Part shown: one piece after another, positions 18,878-27,381 of the stretch
How the letters are laid out: the number at the start of each line of letters is the position of its first letter
Position numbering within the stretch: position 1 is the stretch's first letter
Source of the DNA: a virus
Strand: one strand, 5' to 3'
DNA: 64,000 nt
IMG/VR virus record: IMGVR_UViG_3300032516_002690
Coordinates: 1-64,000 of that record
The notes under the pieces: model-generated
What the model was told of the DNA's origin: nothing
Seen by the model: the letters and a program-made list of their open reading frames with translations, nothing else
Database searches by the model: none
Position numbers and translations under genes: made by a program

Positions 18878-20140
18878 TTAAGCGTTCAGGTTCTGGAGAC
18901 GTGTTCGCAGTACAGAGAGCGATCCCATCTTGGATTCCGAGGACTCTTCCTTCTTCTGCATGAAAGCAGGAAGTGCGGGGCCCTTGTCGTCGCCCTTGTC
19001 ATCCTTGTCATCCTTCTTGGCATTTTCCGAAGTAGCGCACTCCGCTTCGGCAGTCTTACGGAAATGATCGCGGATTGACGCAGCCGCTTCCTTCTTCGAA
19101 CCCAGCGAAGAATAGAGCGTCTCAAGATATCCCGCACGCTCAGGTACATCGAGACCCATCATGGCGCGTACGTGCGCAACCTTCTGCGTCTCAGGCATAC
19201 GCTCGGGAAGATACGGCACAACCTGCTCAGCGGTTTGTGTGAATACTCGATCAAAAGCATTCTTGGTTTGCTCGGTGATCGAATTACTGCCGCTGGCCGT
19301 GGCGCCGGGCATAAGCGGATGCGGCATCTCGCGACCGATAACCGCGCCCGACGGAATGGTCATCTCGGTATTTCCGACGCCGCGTTCGCCCATGCTGGCA
19401 TAGCCTTCGGGACGGCGATTGAGTTCTTGTGCCGCTTCGGCATTGTCAGCAGCGGCTGAGGGCAGGTCGTTCGGATTGCCTCCGCCCGTGATCAGCGAGC
19501 CAGTATCCGCCGCTTGCTTTCGCGCAACGCGACGAACGATATCTGTAAACGAACCAGACTTTGCGGTCTGCTCAGTCACGGAATTCGAACCACCGTCGGT
19601 TGCGCCCGGTGCGACGGGAGAGCGTTGCTCGGTACCGACAGTGCCTTCGCCCTTGCCCTCCCAGTTACCGACGCCGCGCTCGCCAAGGTTGGCGTAATTC
19701 TCGGGACGGCGTTGCTGCTCCAAAGCAGCCTCACCGTTGTCAGCCGCTGCGCCGGGCAGGTCGTTCGGGTCTCCGCCACCTTGAATGAGCGAGCCCGTCT
19801 CGGCTGCAGACTTCTCCATAAGCGACCAAGCGTCACCTTGCGCGACTGCGACAGGGTTAGCGTCTTGCGCCGTCTTGGTAACGGAGGGGCTGTACTGATT
19901 GCCCGCTTGTTCGCACTGATACTCAGCTGCCTTGACGAGGTTTTCGCAGAGAAAACCCGCAACCTTCATGTCGAGCTGGCCGCCATTGAGGTAAGGGTCA
20001 GGCATCCCCGACTTATCAGCGATGTAATCCGCCGAAGCATCCGCCGCTTCTTTCGACGGGTAGACCACGACACCTTCGCGGATTAATTGCGCGTTCAGGC
20101 CCCGGACGAAGGCGCGCTTGAAAAGCGGTGAAATCGACAT
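18878..20140 (-). CDS. Internal head protein with two ~83-aa repeats
   Basis: Duplicated TGSLIxGGGxPNDLPxAAADN...GERGVGN...GSNS(V/I)TEQT; RBS AGGAG. Confidence 0.6.
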   Translation of the reverse strand: MSISPLFKRAFVRGLNAQLIREGVVVYPSKEAADASADYIADKSGMPDPYLNGGQLDMKVAGFLCENLVKAAEYQCEQAGNQYSPSVTKTAQDANPVAVAQGDAWSLMEKSAAETGSLIQGGGDPNDLPGAAADNGEAALEQQRRPENYANLGERGVGNWEGKGEGTVGTEQRSPVAPGATDGGSNSVTEQTAKSGSFTDIVRRVARKQAADTGSLITGGGNPNDLPSAAADNAEAAQELNRRPEGYASMGERGVGNTEMTIPSGAVIGREMPHPLMPGATASGSNSITEQTKNAFDRVFTQTAEQVVPYLPERMPETQKVAHVRAMMGLDVPERAGYLETLYSSLGSKKEAAASIRDHFRKTAEAECATSENAKKDDKDDKGDDKGPALPAFMQKKEESSESKMGSLSVLRTRLQNLNA

Positions 20141-20172
20141 ATGTACCCTGCTCCTATGGCGGTAATGCGTTT

Positions 20173-20201
20173 ATTGTAGTGCGGTTGATTCTGCGGCCCA
20201 A
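20173..20201 (-). promoter_or_regulatory. Sigma-70-like promoter TTGGGC-N17-TACAAT
   Basis: Intergenic, upstream of the internal-head/protease block. Confidence 0.5.
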
Positions 20202-20215
20202 GGCTTTAGTTCGGA

Positions 20216-22027
20216 TTAGTATTGCCCGTCTGGGCCTTCACCGAATTCCGAACTAAAGATGATGCCCGGTACGGGGCTGAGACTGTGTATGTCTGCGGTT
20301 TGCCCCTTCTGGGCCGCATCCAATATAGACTGTTTCAAGTAACGATGCCCCAAACGTACAAGCCAGTCGGGGTTTAGTAAAGGATTTCTCGTAGCGGGTT
20401 GAAGGATTGGCGAAACAATCGGGGCTTTGAAACCCGTTTGGATCTTTGAGTAGCCCGCTTCCTTTAGTTCGTCGATCATAGGCTGCGAGATACGGGTACC
20501 GATGAGATGGTGCAACGCACCCTCTGCGAGATACTTGCCTTCAGAGGAGTCGATAGCCGTGTGCACAGATTTACTGCCGGCTATGTTGCGCAGCTTGTTG
20601 TATTCGATTACGTCGCCGCGCACGAGACCGTGTTCTGCAGAGTCGTCATCATCTACGTCCTCTATACGTACGTGGTTGAGCGTAGATTTAGCGAGCACCT
20701 CAAAGTGTCGACGGTCTACAGGGACGTCGCTACCTTTGTATATGTCGCTCAATTTGTTCACGATGTAGTTACGGCCTTCGCCGAGTCCTTTGTGCTCTAC
20801 GACCTCGCCAGGTTTGGGCACGCCTTCAGATAACGCATCGCCCGCGTGTACTCGGTCTCCGACTTTTACGATGGGCTTAAGCCCTGACATTATGTAAACG
20901 CGATCGGTATTTACCGTGATGAAATAACCACCCTGAGGAGCCGTTACGATTTCTTTTACGGTGCCCGTGACGGGGGCGAGCGTCGCTTTGTTTTTGAAGG
21001 ATGCCGGCGACTCGATAATCATGCGGAAGCCTTCGAGGCCTCCGATGTCTAGCGGGTTCGTGCCTGACATACGTACACCGTGCTTAGCGTTGAGCGCGAG
21101 TTGGGTGAGAGGCTCACCTAATGCTTGGCTGGCACGAATACCTACGTTTTCACCGACAGGATTGAGCGTACCCGTAGTATTCAAACCCATACATTTCTGG
21201 CAAATACCGCGGTCGGCTTCGCAAGTCATGGGTGAACGGGTAATGATGTGCTCTATTTTTGCCTTCTGGAGCAACGACACGATCCGGGGAGCAACCAGTG
21301 TATTGCGCGGAAATTCGCCGGCTGCGACTGCCAGGAACCGATCTATAATGGCAGAGTTAGCGACTGCCATACGGAGACCATTCTTGGTCCCACAGTCAGG
21401 CATAGTAATAACTTGATCGCTCGTATTGTTGACGAGAATTTTCGAGAGATCGCCGGGTTCGCTAACTTCAATGGTCCCCTTTGCCGCGGCCATGCGCGCT
21501 TCTTTATTGTTCGCCCACCACTCTGAAGGACGCAAGCCTTCTGAGTAACTGTGCGTAGTCAGCCACGCCTGAACATTGTCGTGCTCATCGCTGCTTGCAG
21601 CAGGAGCACCCACCGCACGCATTAATTGCAGCGGGCTTCCGCGAGACCCAGAGCGCGCCATCTCCCCCATGGTTCCGGGGTGATTCATGGCGTATGCGAG
21701 CAACTTATCCTGTGTATCCCGGATAATCTCGTGCTTTTGCGCATCGGTCGTACTTGCTTTGATTTTCGCTAATGCGGGGCGCGTAATCGCGTTGCGTTCT
21801 TTGTACAGCGGTGCAATGTCGTCGAGGCCTACAGAGATACCCATGCTCGTAGAAAAATCATCGCCGAGTTTCTTCACTTTGGTGATGGTTTTTACGTACT
21901 GAACGGGATCGTCTTTAGCGAGCCGCAACATGTTCTGAAACAGATCTTTTTTCGTGTAAATGCCCGTAGGACGATATTCGCTGGGAATAGCGCCATCCAA
22001 CAAATAATGTCCTAGGGTTTTTGGCAT
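20216..22027 (-). CDS. rpoC: DNA-directed RNA polymerase, beta' C-terminal half
   Basis: MARSGSRGS, SYSEGL, bridge-helix-like EARMAAAKGTIEVSEPGDLSKIL, DCGT, RSPMTC..GICQKC, trigger loop GENVGIRASQALGEPLTQLALNAKH, RRHFEV. Confidence 0.92.
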   Translation of the reverse strand: MPKTLGHYLLDGAIPSEYRPTGIYTKKDLFQNMLRLAKDDPVQYVKTITKVKKLGDDFSTSMGISVGLDDIAPLYKERNAITRPALAKIKASTTDAQKHEIIRDTQDKLLAYAMNHPGTMGEMARSGSRGSPLQLMRAVGAPAASSDEHDNVQAWLTTHSYSEGLRPSEWWANNKEARMAAAKGTIEVSEPGDLSKILVNNTSDQVITMPDCGTKNGLRMAVANSAIIDRFLAVAAGEFPRNTLVAPRIVSLLQKAKIEHIITRSPMTCEADRGICQKCMGLNTTGTLNPVGENVGIRASQALGEPLTQLALNAKHGVRMSGTNPLDIGGLEGFRMIIESPASFKNKATLAPVTGTVKEIVTAPQGGYFITVNTDRVYIMSGLKPIVKVGDRVHAGDALSEGVPKPGEVVEHKGLGEGRNYIVNKLSDIYKGSDVPVDRRHFEVLAKSTLNHVRIEDVDDDDSAEHGLVRGDVIEYNKLRNIAGSKSVHTAIDSSEGKYLAEGALHHLIGTRISQPMIDELKEAGYSKIQTGFKAPIVSPILQPATRNPLLNPDWLVRLGHRYLKQSILDAAQKGQTADIHSLSPVPGIIFSSEFGEGPDGQY

Positions 22028-22288
22028 TTAAACGCCCCCGGCGCGCGGCAAGCCCATCTGGTAATTACGAGTTCCTGCGTCGCCTGATTCCAACGAATTC
22101 TGTCCGCTCCACGAGGGAGTCTTGTCGACGTTCTTCGCAATGGCAGGAGGATTCGCCGGACCGTTGGGGTTTTCGCTGTCGACGTTTGTTTGATCTTGCT
22201 CTGCAAATTCAGCGAACATGTCTGCAGACATGCCGAGTTTAATCAGTGCCTGCTTAGCTCCGTGCGTGTAGTAGCTGCTCGACATCAT
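22028..22288 (-). CDS. Small putative internal head protein
   Basis: YTHGAKQALIKLGM leader shared with two other ORFs. Confidence 0.55.
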   Translation of the reverse strand: MMSSSYYTHGAKQALIKLGMSADMFAEFAEQDQTNVDSENPNGPANPPAIAKNVDKTPSWSGQNSLESGDAGTRNYQMGLPRAGGV

Positions 22289-22671
22289 GACTTACCTGTC
22301 TCTGTAAAACTGCGATCTAAATTGAGGCGTGCTTCTATAAGACCGCCGATGTATTCGCGGGTTTTTTCAGGCATTTTCTGCTCTTTCAAAGTACGTACTA
22401 CAAAATCAATTGCAGTAGCACGCTTGTCTATGCTTGCTACGGCCGGAAGATTTAACTTCAAGGCTTTGCGGCCTTGCTCATGCGCAAAAGCAATGCCCTT
22501 CATAATAGCGTCGTCGAGCTGCAGCGCTTGCTGCTCTGCTACTGTCACACCCGTACGCTTTGCAAATTCTCGTGTGAGTTTGTGCGCAAGCATAATGGCT
22601 ATAGGCGTAATAACAATGATTAGCGTCTGCAGGACAAAGTCCAGGAGCATTTTTGTAGATGACGTATCCAT
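22285..22671 (-). CDS. Putative holin (LL-H-like)
   Basis: Single N-terminal TM helix, then DDAIMKGIAFAHEQ...KRATAIDFV...IEARL amphipathic pattern. Confidence 0.55.
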   Translation of the reverse strand: MDTSSTKMLLDFVLQTLIIVITPIAIMLAHKLTREFAKRTGVTVAEQQALQLDDAIMKGIAFAHEQGRKALKLNLPAVASIDKRATAIDFVVRTLKEQKMPEKTREYIGGLIEARLNLDRSFTETGKS

Positions 22672-22688
22672 CGAGTAAACCCCTCTAA

Positions 22689-22886
22689 TTAGGCTTGTAA
22701 CGCGTAATCATCCGTAACCAAACCACCCGCGGGCAATCCGTTCATAGCTTGAATCTTCAGATCTTTTTGCCGTTGCATTTCACGGCGACGCGCCATAAAT
22801 GCTGGCAAGTCTTCAGGATCTAATGCGTCCAAAAACCCGAGCTTATGTAGAGCCGCGCGCTTACCTGCGGTATAGTTAGACAGCAC
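22689..22886 (-). CDS. Small putative internal head protein
   Basis: YTAGKRAALHKLGF leader; overlaps the RNAP stop codon. Confidence 0.5.
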   Translation of the reverse strand: MLSNYTAGKRAALHKLGFLDALDPEDLPAFMARRREMQRQKDLKIQAMNGLPAGGLVTDDYALQA

Positions 22887-25800
22887 CGTGCGCCTCTTCG
22901 ATCTCCACCGGGGTGGTCATTTTAATATCACCGCGCTGATATGCCTGCATGGCCTCAGCTTGTGTTTTGAATTTGTGCACAGCGCCAGCATCGACTTTGG
23001 TTGCAAGATACGCCCCTAGGATAGCTTCATGCTTAGGAAATACCATGAGGTCAGCGGCATGCTTATCGCCGAATAGTAACTTGGACATTGTGAGGTTCTG
23101 GGCTTCTTGCACAGCCGCCATGGTTACAGGCACGTGTAGCTGCATCGCGTCGCCGTCGTAATCCAGGTTCTGTCCGGTTTCCATGAAAGGATTTACACGC
23201 AACGACTTGCCTTGAACGGGCACGGGATAGGCCGCGACAATGTTGTGTCTGTGCAGAGATGGCGCCCGGTTAACGAACATCGGCCTGTAAGTGATTTCGT
23301 GTTGCAGCACGGAATTAGCGGCGGGGTGTCGGTCCTCAACCATTTTCTTGGCGTCTAGAGGCCTGTAACCTTGTCCGATAAGTCCGCGCATTATGAACTT
23401 ATCGTACGTAGTCCAAAGCATATCTTCAGGTACGCCGATCTGGTCAATATCTAGCGTATTGTCTGGTGTGGCGGTGGCACGCCCCGTAAGGTCTTGTTGG
23501 CGTCGCAATATTTTCTTGTGCAGGAAACCAGTTTTAGGTGAACCCGATCCTGTGATCTGTTCAATGAATCCCTTTATCTCGCGATTAGCTCGACCGGGAG
23601 TCGTAGCTTTCTGCGTACCGAAAAGAGAGCCTACGGCGTCATGCAGATATTTGCGCGCGTCCGAGATTACACCCGGCATTTCAGTTTCTTTACTGTTCTG
23701 CAGCGCTGCGCTGGCAAGCCCGACGTCACGGTAAAGGTAATTGATGTCGGATATCTGCAAATCGTTACCACGGCTGGACTGTACGATGGGGCGCATCACC
23801 GGAGGTATAACGGGTATCTTTGATATAATGTACGCATCTCCCGCCTTGGAGAAGCCATTCTTTTTAAGCCCTTCGATATACTTGAGTTTCTTTACAACAC
23901 CATCTAAATCGGATCCGCGTTTAGTGCGCGTTTGTTCACGAAGCGCTACTGCAAGCTGGTCTAGATCGAGCTTATTTAATTGTTTACGAATACCCGTACC
24001 GCCGGAAGTCCCGATTTCGTCTTTGAGCTGCTTCTTAGACATATCCAACAGACGGCGTACCGCATCTTCGAATACCGGATTTACGATAGGCTCAGTCAAG
24101 TCGATATGCGACCACTTCTTGCCGCTCATACCGCCCGTCAAATTGGGGTCGAATAAACCCCCGGTCTCAGGAGCTAAATTCTTGGCATTTACCATGAATG
24201 ATTTAGATTTATCCAGACTAGGAGTACTGAGAGCTCCTGCGGATAAATTGGAGGTGGCGCGGTCTGTGAGCGGACCTAGACTTACGTGCGCTCCCTCTTT
24301 ATTAACATTGATGCCCGCGCCTTGAAGCATCGCCATGAATTTCTCTGTAACGAATGGCGTCTTAGGCGGTGGAGCCGGTAGGCCAAATTCATACGCACGC
24401 CAGAAATCATCGCTTTTCTCACTTTTTAAGGTCAATGCTTCTTTCAAGACATTGCGCGCATTGTGTGCGAGAAGTGCGTTGACTTCCATTCTGCCCAGGC
24501 CCTTGGCGCCTTCATCGCCGCCTTTAGTGGGCTGTAGGTTGACGTCGTAACCGGATACTCCGCGGGCTGAATAATTGGTCTCAGTTGACTTAAATAGCTT
24601 GTGAATAAACGAACGCCCCACAAAGACATTCGGAATATCTTTGCCAGATACAGGGTCGTGGACTGTTTCCTTGTCCTTAACGCCGTGCTCTTTCATGAGG
24701 CGCTTGGCAAATTCTACGTTGTTTTCGTTTTGAAACTGCGGGACGACAATAGGTTTGCCAATTTTCTCCGCGACTTTGCCAAGAGCCGCTTCAACAACTT
24801 GACCCGGATTAATGCGGCTGACGATACCTGCTGACGTGAACAGAACGTCGATTGGCTTCTTATTCTCGTCCTGAATCATGCGGTTGTCTGGAATGATCTC
24901 AGACACGACGCCCTTGCCACCAAAGCGATTCGATAACTTGTCGCCGATCTTCATCGGCTCTTGTGTCCGAATCGTTACCATGACTTGCCGTGTAGCGTTC
25001 GTAACGTCTTGAACCGTGGCAGGTACAAGCTTTTCCCATGTAATTGTGATATCTCGGTACGGCTTAAGCAGTGCCTTGTGAAATAAACCCAACATGGCTT
25101 GCTCGGGCGTAGGGGCGGCCTTGCGCAAGCCCAGAATAAGCGGATCGCCCTTGTTAAAGGTCGCGCCCTTTTTAGCAACACCGTTTTCGTCTAGTTTATT
25201 TAGCTGCTCTGCGCTAAATCGGACGCCGTAATACGCAACGTATTTGGGCTTATTTATGATAATATCCGGACCCTTTTGCAGGACCTCTTTATACATATGT
25301 TCGGAAGTCAGTTTGTGCGAAGCACCTTCACTGATAACCACAGCGTCGTTAGAGTTCTTGCCGTAATACGCCATGTACGCGATAGACAGGTTTTTGCCCA
25401 GCGCGGTCTCGCCACCCTTGGTAAAGTTGGACTCGCCGAGGAGCTGGTCCTGCTTTACCTTGTCGCCTACTTTGACGTTCAAAGTGTCGTGCAAGTAGGT
25501 CTTCGCTGTTAGCGGGAAATACGTATTGTACGGAACCTTGATTAGTGCAGGTTCAGCTGATGCCGTCTTTGCATGCGGACGAATGTAAATGTAATCGTCA
25601 TCTATCTTTTCGATAGTGCCGTCAACCGATGACGAGGGCGCAATTACACGCGCGATGGTGCGCTCCATACTCTCACCACCGGGGCCGCCACCTGCTTGTA
25701 CTAGCGGCGCTTCGCGGTGTACGAGGGGCAGCGCTTGCGCCTGGAACTTAGATCCCATGATCGCGCGATTACCCTGCATGCCGTCGAGGAAAGGTACGAG

Positions 25801-27282
25801 GGACGTAGCCGGGCTGAACATATGCGTCAGATTCGGCATGACGTAATCTACGTCTTTTTTAGCAATCGAACGCGTGTGATCGCCTTGTAATACATCCCAG
25901 TGCGTACGGTGATCTTGCCCTGGAAATGCGACGTTGCTCTTAGCAAGGTCCATAACCGACACGTCTTCTAGCCGCCCATTACGCATATTCTGCATGCGCG
26001 CGTAAAGATTGCCGTCAGAGTCTTTGTGTGCGGTCAATGCGCTGTGAATATCAATGCCCGTTTTAGGACCGTCTGGCGTGTGTACGGGGTCGATAACACC
26101 GAAATGGGAGTTATGGACTTTGCGCGACTCGAAGGGAATGGCTCGATCACTGCTTATGCCACCTTCGCCAAGTGATGTTATTTTACTGGCGTAATCAAGA
26201 ATTTCGACCGGATTGATTTGTGTTGGCTGAGATGACAGTGCAGCACCTGTCAAGAAACTGTTTATTGATTTTGTGAATACTGAGTGGGGTACCATGGACT
26301 TGATGTCCGCGCCTGATTGATTGAGACGCCCAGCGATTTTCTTTGCAACAGTACGACGTGCTTCTACGTCGAGACGCTCTTTGAAGAAGTCGTCTGTAGA
26401 GTGCAGCGTCTTGAATTCCAAGCTGTCACGGTCATCGGTTTTGGCAGTGCCCTTGTGTACATCGATCAGTTTCTTGCTGGCAACTAGCAACGCCTGCGCA
26501 TCAGCACGGCCTAAGGGCATACCTAGCGTACGGCTATTTACAGCAGAATCCATCGCAGTACTGTGGAAATAATCGCGAACGAACAGACGCTTACCTTCAA
26601 GCGAGGTGGGAGCGACCTGGTTTGGCCGCCTTATCTTGCTGACGATCTTGTTAAGAATCGCGTCTTCTTTTTTGGCGGATACGTTAGAATTCGCAGCGGT
26701 GAGCTCGTCACCCCAGTACTGTTTGATTTCAGTATCTGACGTACCTAGGATTTTCAGAATAGCGTACAGCGGAAGCTTCGAGGTCTTAGCAGTACCTCCG
26801 ACTTCCATATTTAACCGGCCCGTCGAAGGCTCCATTGCTAACCGGAAATTCGAGCCTTTGCTCAAATTGAACGCCGCTTCGAACTCACCGTTGTTACGCT
26901 CACGCGTATAAACGCCTGACTTCAGACGCAACTGGTTCGGGACGTTATATTCGTTGCCGCCCACGACGAACGTGTAACGACGGGTAAAGTACGGCAGGTG
27001 AACGAGGATGCGCTTCTGCTCGTCAGTGATCTGCCCCGTAGCGTTGTCCCGTAATTTAATCGTACCGCTAATAGCTTCGTTCAGCGTCCGCCCGCTCATG
27101 AGAGCGTCTTTCTGATCGCTGTTCGAGAAGTCCTTGCGGTTCACGTCTAGGCCGTGAAGTTCCAGCGTTGACTTCTTGCCGATGATGGGAAACAGCGCCT
27201 TGAGACCCTCCATAGTCTTCTGGCGGATCTGTTCGCGACGCACGTCTGCGTCCACAACTATTGGTTGTAAATTCAAGGGCAT
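22876..27282 (-). CDS. rpoB: DNA-directed RNA polymerase: beta subunit fused to beta' N-terminal half (contains catalytic DxDGD)
   Basis: Beta motifs HFGVIDPVHTPDGPKTG, NRAIMGSKFQAQA, GDKLSNRFGGKGVVS, GRMEV; then beta' motifs GGLFD..WSHIDL, IPVIPPVMRP, SDINYLY, NRAPSLHRHNI, NLDYDGDAM. Confidence 0.95.
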   Translation of the reverse strand: MPLNLQPIVVDADVRREQIRQKTMEGLKALFPIIGKKSTLELHGLDVNRKDFSNSDQKDALMSGRTLNEAISGTIKLRDNATGQITDEQKRILVHLPYFTRRYTFVVGGNEYNVPNQLRLKSGVYTRERNNGEFEAAFNLSKGSNFRLAMEPSTGRLNMEVGGTAKTSKLPLYAILKILGTSDTEIKQYWGDELTAANSNVSAKKEDAILNKIVSKIRRPNQVAPTSLEGKRLFVRDYFHSTAMDSAVNSRTLGMPLGRADAQALLVASKKLIDVHKGTAKTDDRDSLEFKTLHSTDDFFKERLDVEARRTVAKKIAGRLNQSGADIKSMVPHSVFTKSINSFLTGAALSSQPTQINPVEILDYASKITSLGEGGISSDRAIPFESRKVHNSHFGVIDPVHTPDGPKTGIDIHSALTAHKDSDGNLYARMQNMRNGRLEDVSVMDLAKSNVAFPGQDHRTHWDVLQGDHTRSIAKKDVDYVMPNLTHMFSPATSLVPFLDGMQGNRAIMGSKFQAQALPLVHREAPLVQAGGGPGGESMERTIARVIAPSSSVDGTIEKIDDDYIYIRPHAKTASAEPALIKVPYNTYFPLTAKTYLHDTLNVKVGDKVKQDQLLGESNFTKGGETALGKNLSIAYMAYYGKNSNDAVVISEGASHKLTSEHMYKEVLQKGPDIIINKPKYVAYYGVRFSAEQLNKLDENGVAKKGATFNKGDPLILGLRKAAPTPEQAMLGLFHKALLKPYRDITITWEKLVPATVQDVTNATRQVMVTIRTQEPMKIGDKLSNRFGGKGVVSEIIPDNRMIQDENKKPIDVLFTSAGIVSRINPGQVVEAALGKVAEKIGKPIVVPQFQNENNVEFAKRLMKEHGVKDKETVHDPVSGKDIPNVFVGRSFIHKLFKSTETNYSARGVSGYDVNLQPTKGGDEGAKGLGRMEVNALLAHNARNVLKEALTLKSEKSDDFWRAYEFGLPAPPPKTPFVTEKFMAMLQGAGINVNKEGAHVSLGPLTDRATSNLSAGALSTPSLDKSKSFMVNAKNLAPETGGLFDPNLTGGMSGKKWSHIDLTEPIVNPVFEDAVRRLLDMSKKQLKDEIGTSGGTGIRKQLNKLDLDQLAVALREQTRTKRGSDLDGVVKKLKYIEGLKKNGFSKAGDAYIISKIPVIPPVMRPIVQSSRGNDLQISDINYLYRDVGLASAALQNSKETEMPGVISDARKYLHDAVGSLFGTQKATTPGRANREIKGFIEQITGSGSPKTGFLHKKILRRQQDLTGRATATPDNTLDIDQIGVPEDMLWTTYDKFIMRGLIGQGYRPLDAKKMVEDRHPAANSVLQHEITYRPMFVNRAPSLHRHNIVAAYPVPVQGKSLRVNPFMETGQNLDYDGDAMQLHVPVTMAAVQEAQNLTMSKLLFGDKHAADLMVFPKHEAILGAYLATKVDAGAVHKFKTQAEAMQAYQRGDIKMTTPVEIEEAHGAV

Positions 27283-27290
27283 GCCCTGCT

Positions 27291-27320
27291 ATTATACGCG
27301 GTTTGTTCAAAAAACCGCAA
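27291..27320 (-). promoter_or_regulatory. Sigma-70-like promoter TTGCGG-N18-TATAAT, 8 nt from the RNAP ATG (possibly leaderless)
   Basis: Read in the divergent intergenic region; no clear SD between the -10 box and the ATG. Confidence 0.55.
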
Positions 27321-27328
27321 CCCTTGCT

Positions 27329-27342
27329 GGTAAAAGAATGTA
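27329..27342 (+). promoter_or_regulatory. Candidate phage promoter motif GGTAMAAG-N4-TA (copy 1)
   Basis: ggtaaaag-aatg-ta upstream of AGGAGG and ORF 27382. Confidence 0.45.
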
Positions 27343-27381
27343 GAGACGTATTAAGGCCACGTTTCTTTTCAGGAGGAAAAA

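Noticed and set aside
20216-27282. Bacterial chromosomal rpoBC locus or host contamination
   Set aside because: No ribosomal-protein genes, diverged motifs (DYDGD), unusual partition, and embedded among phage genes
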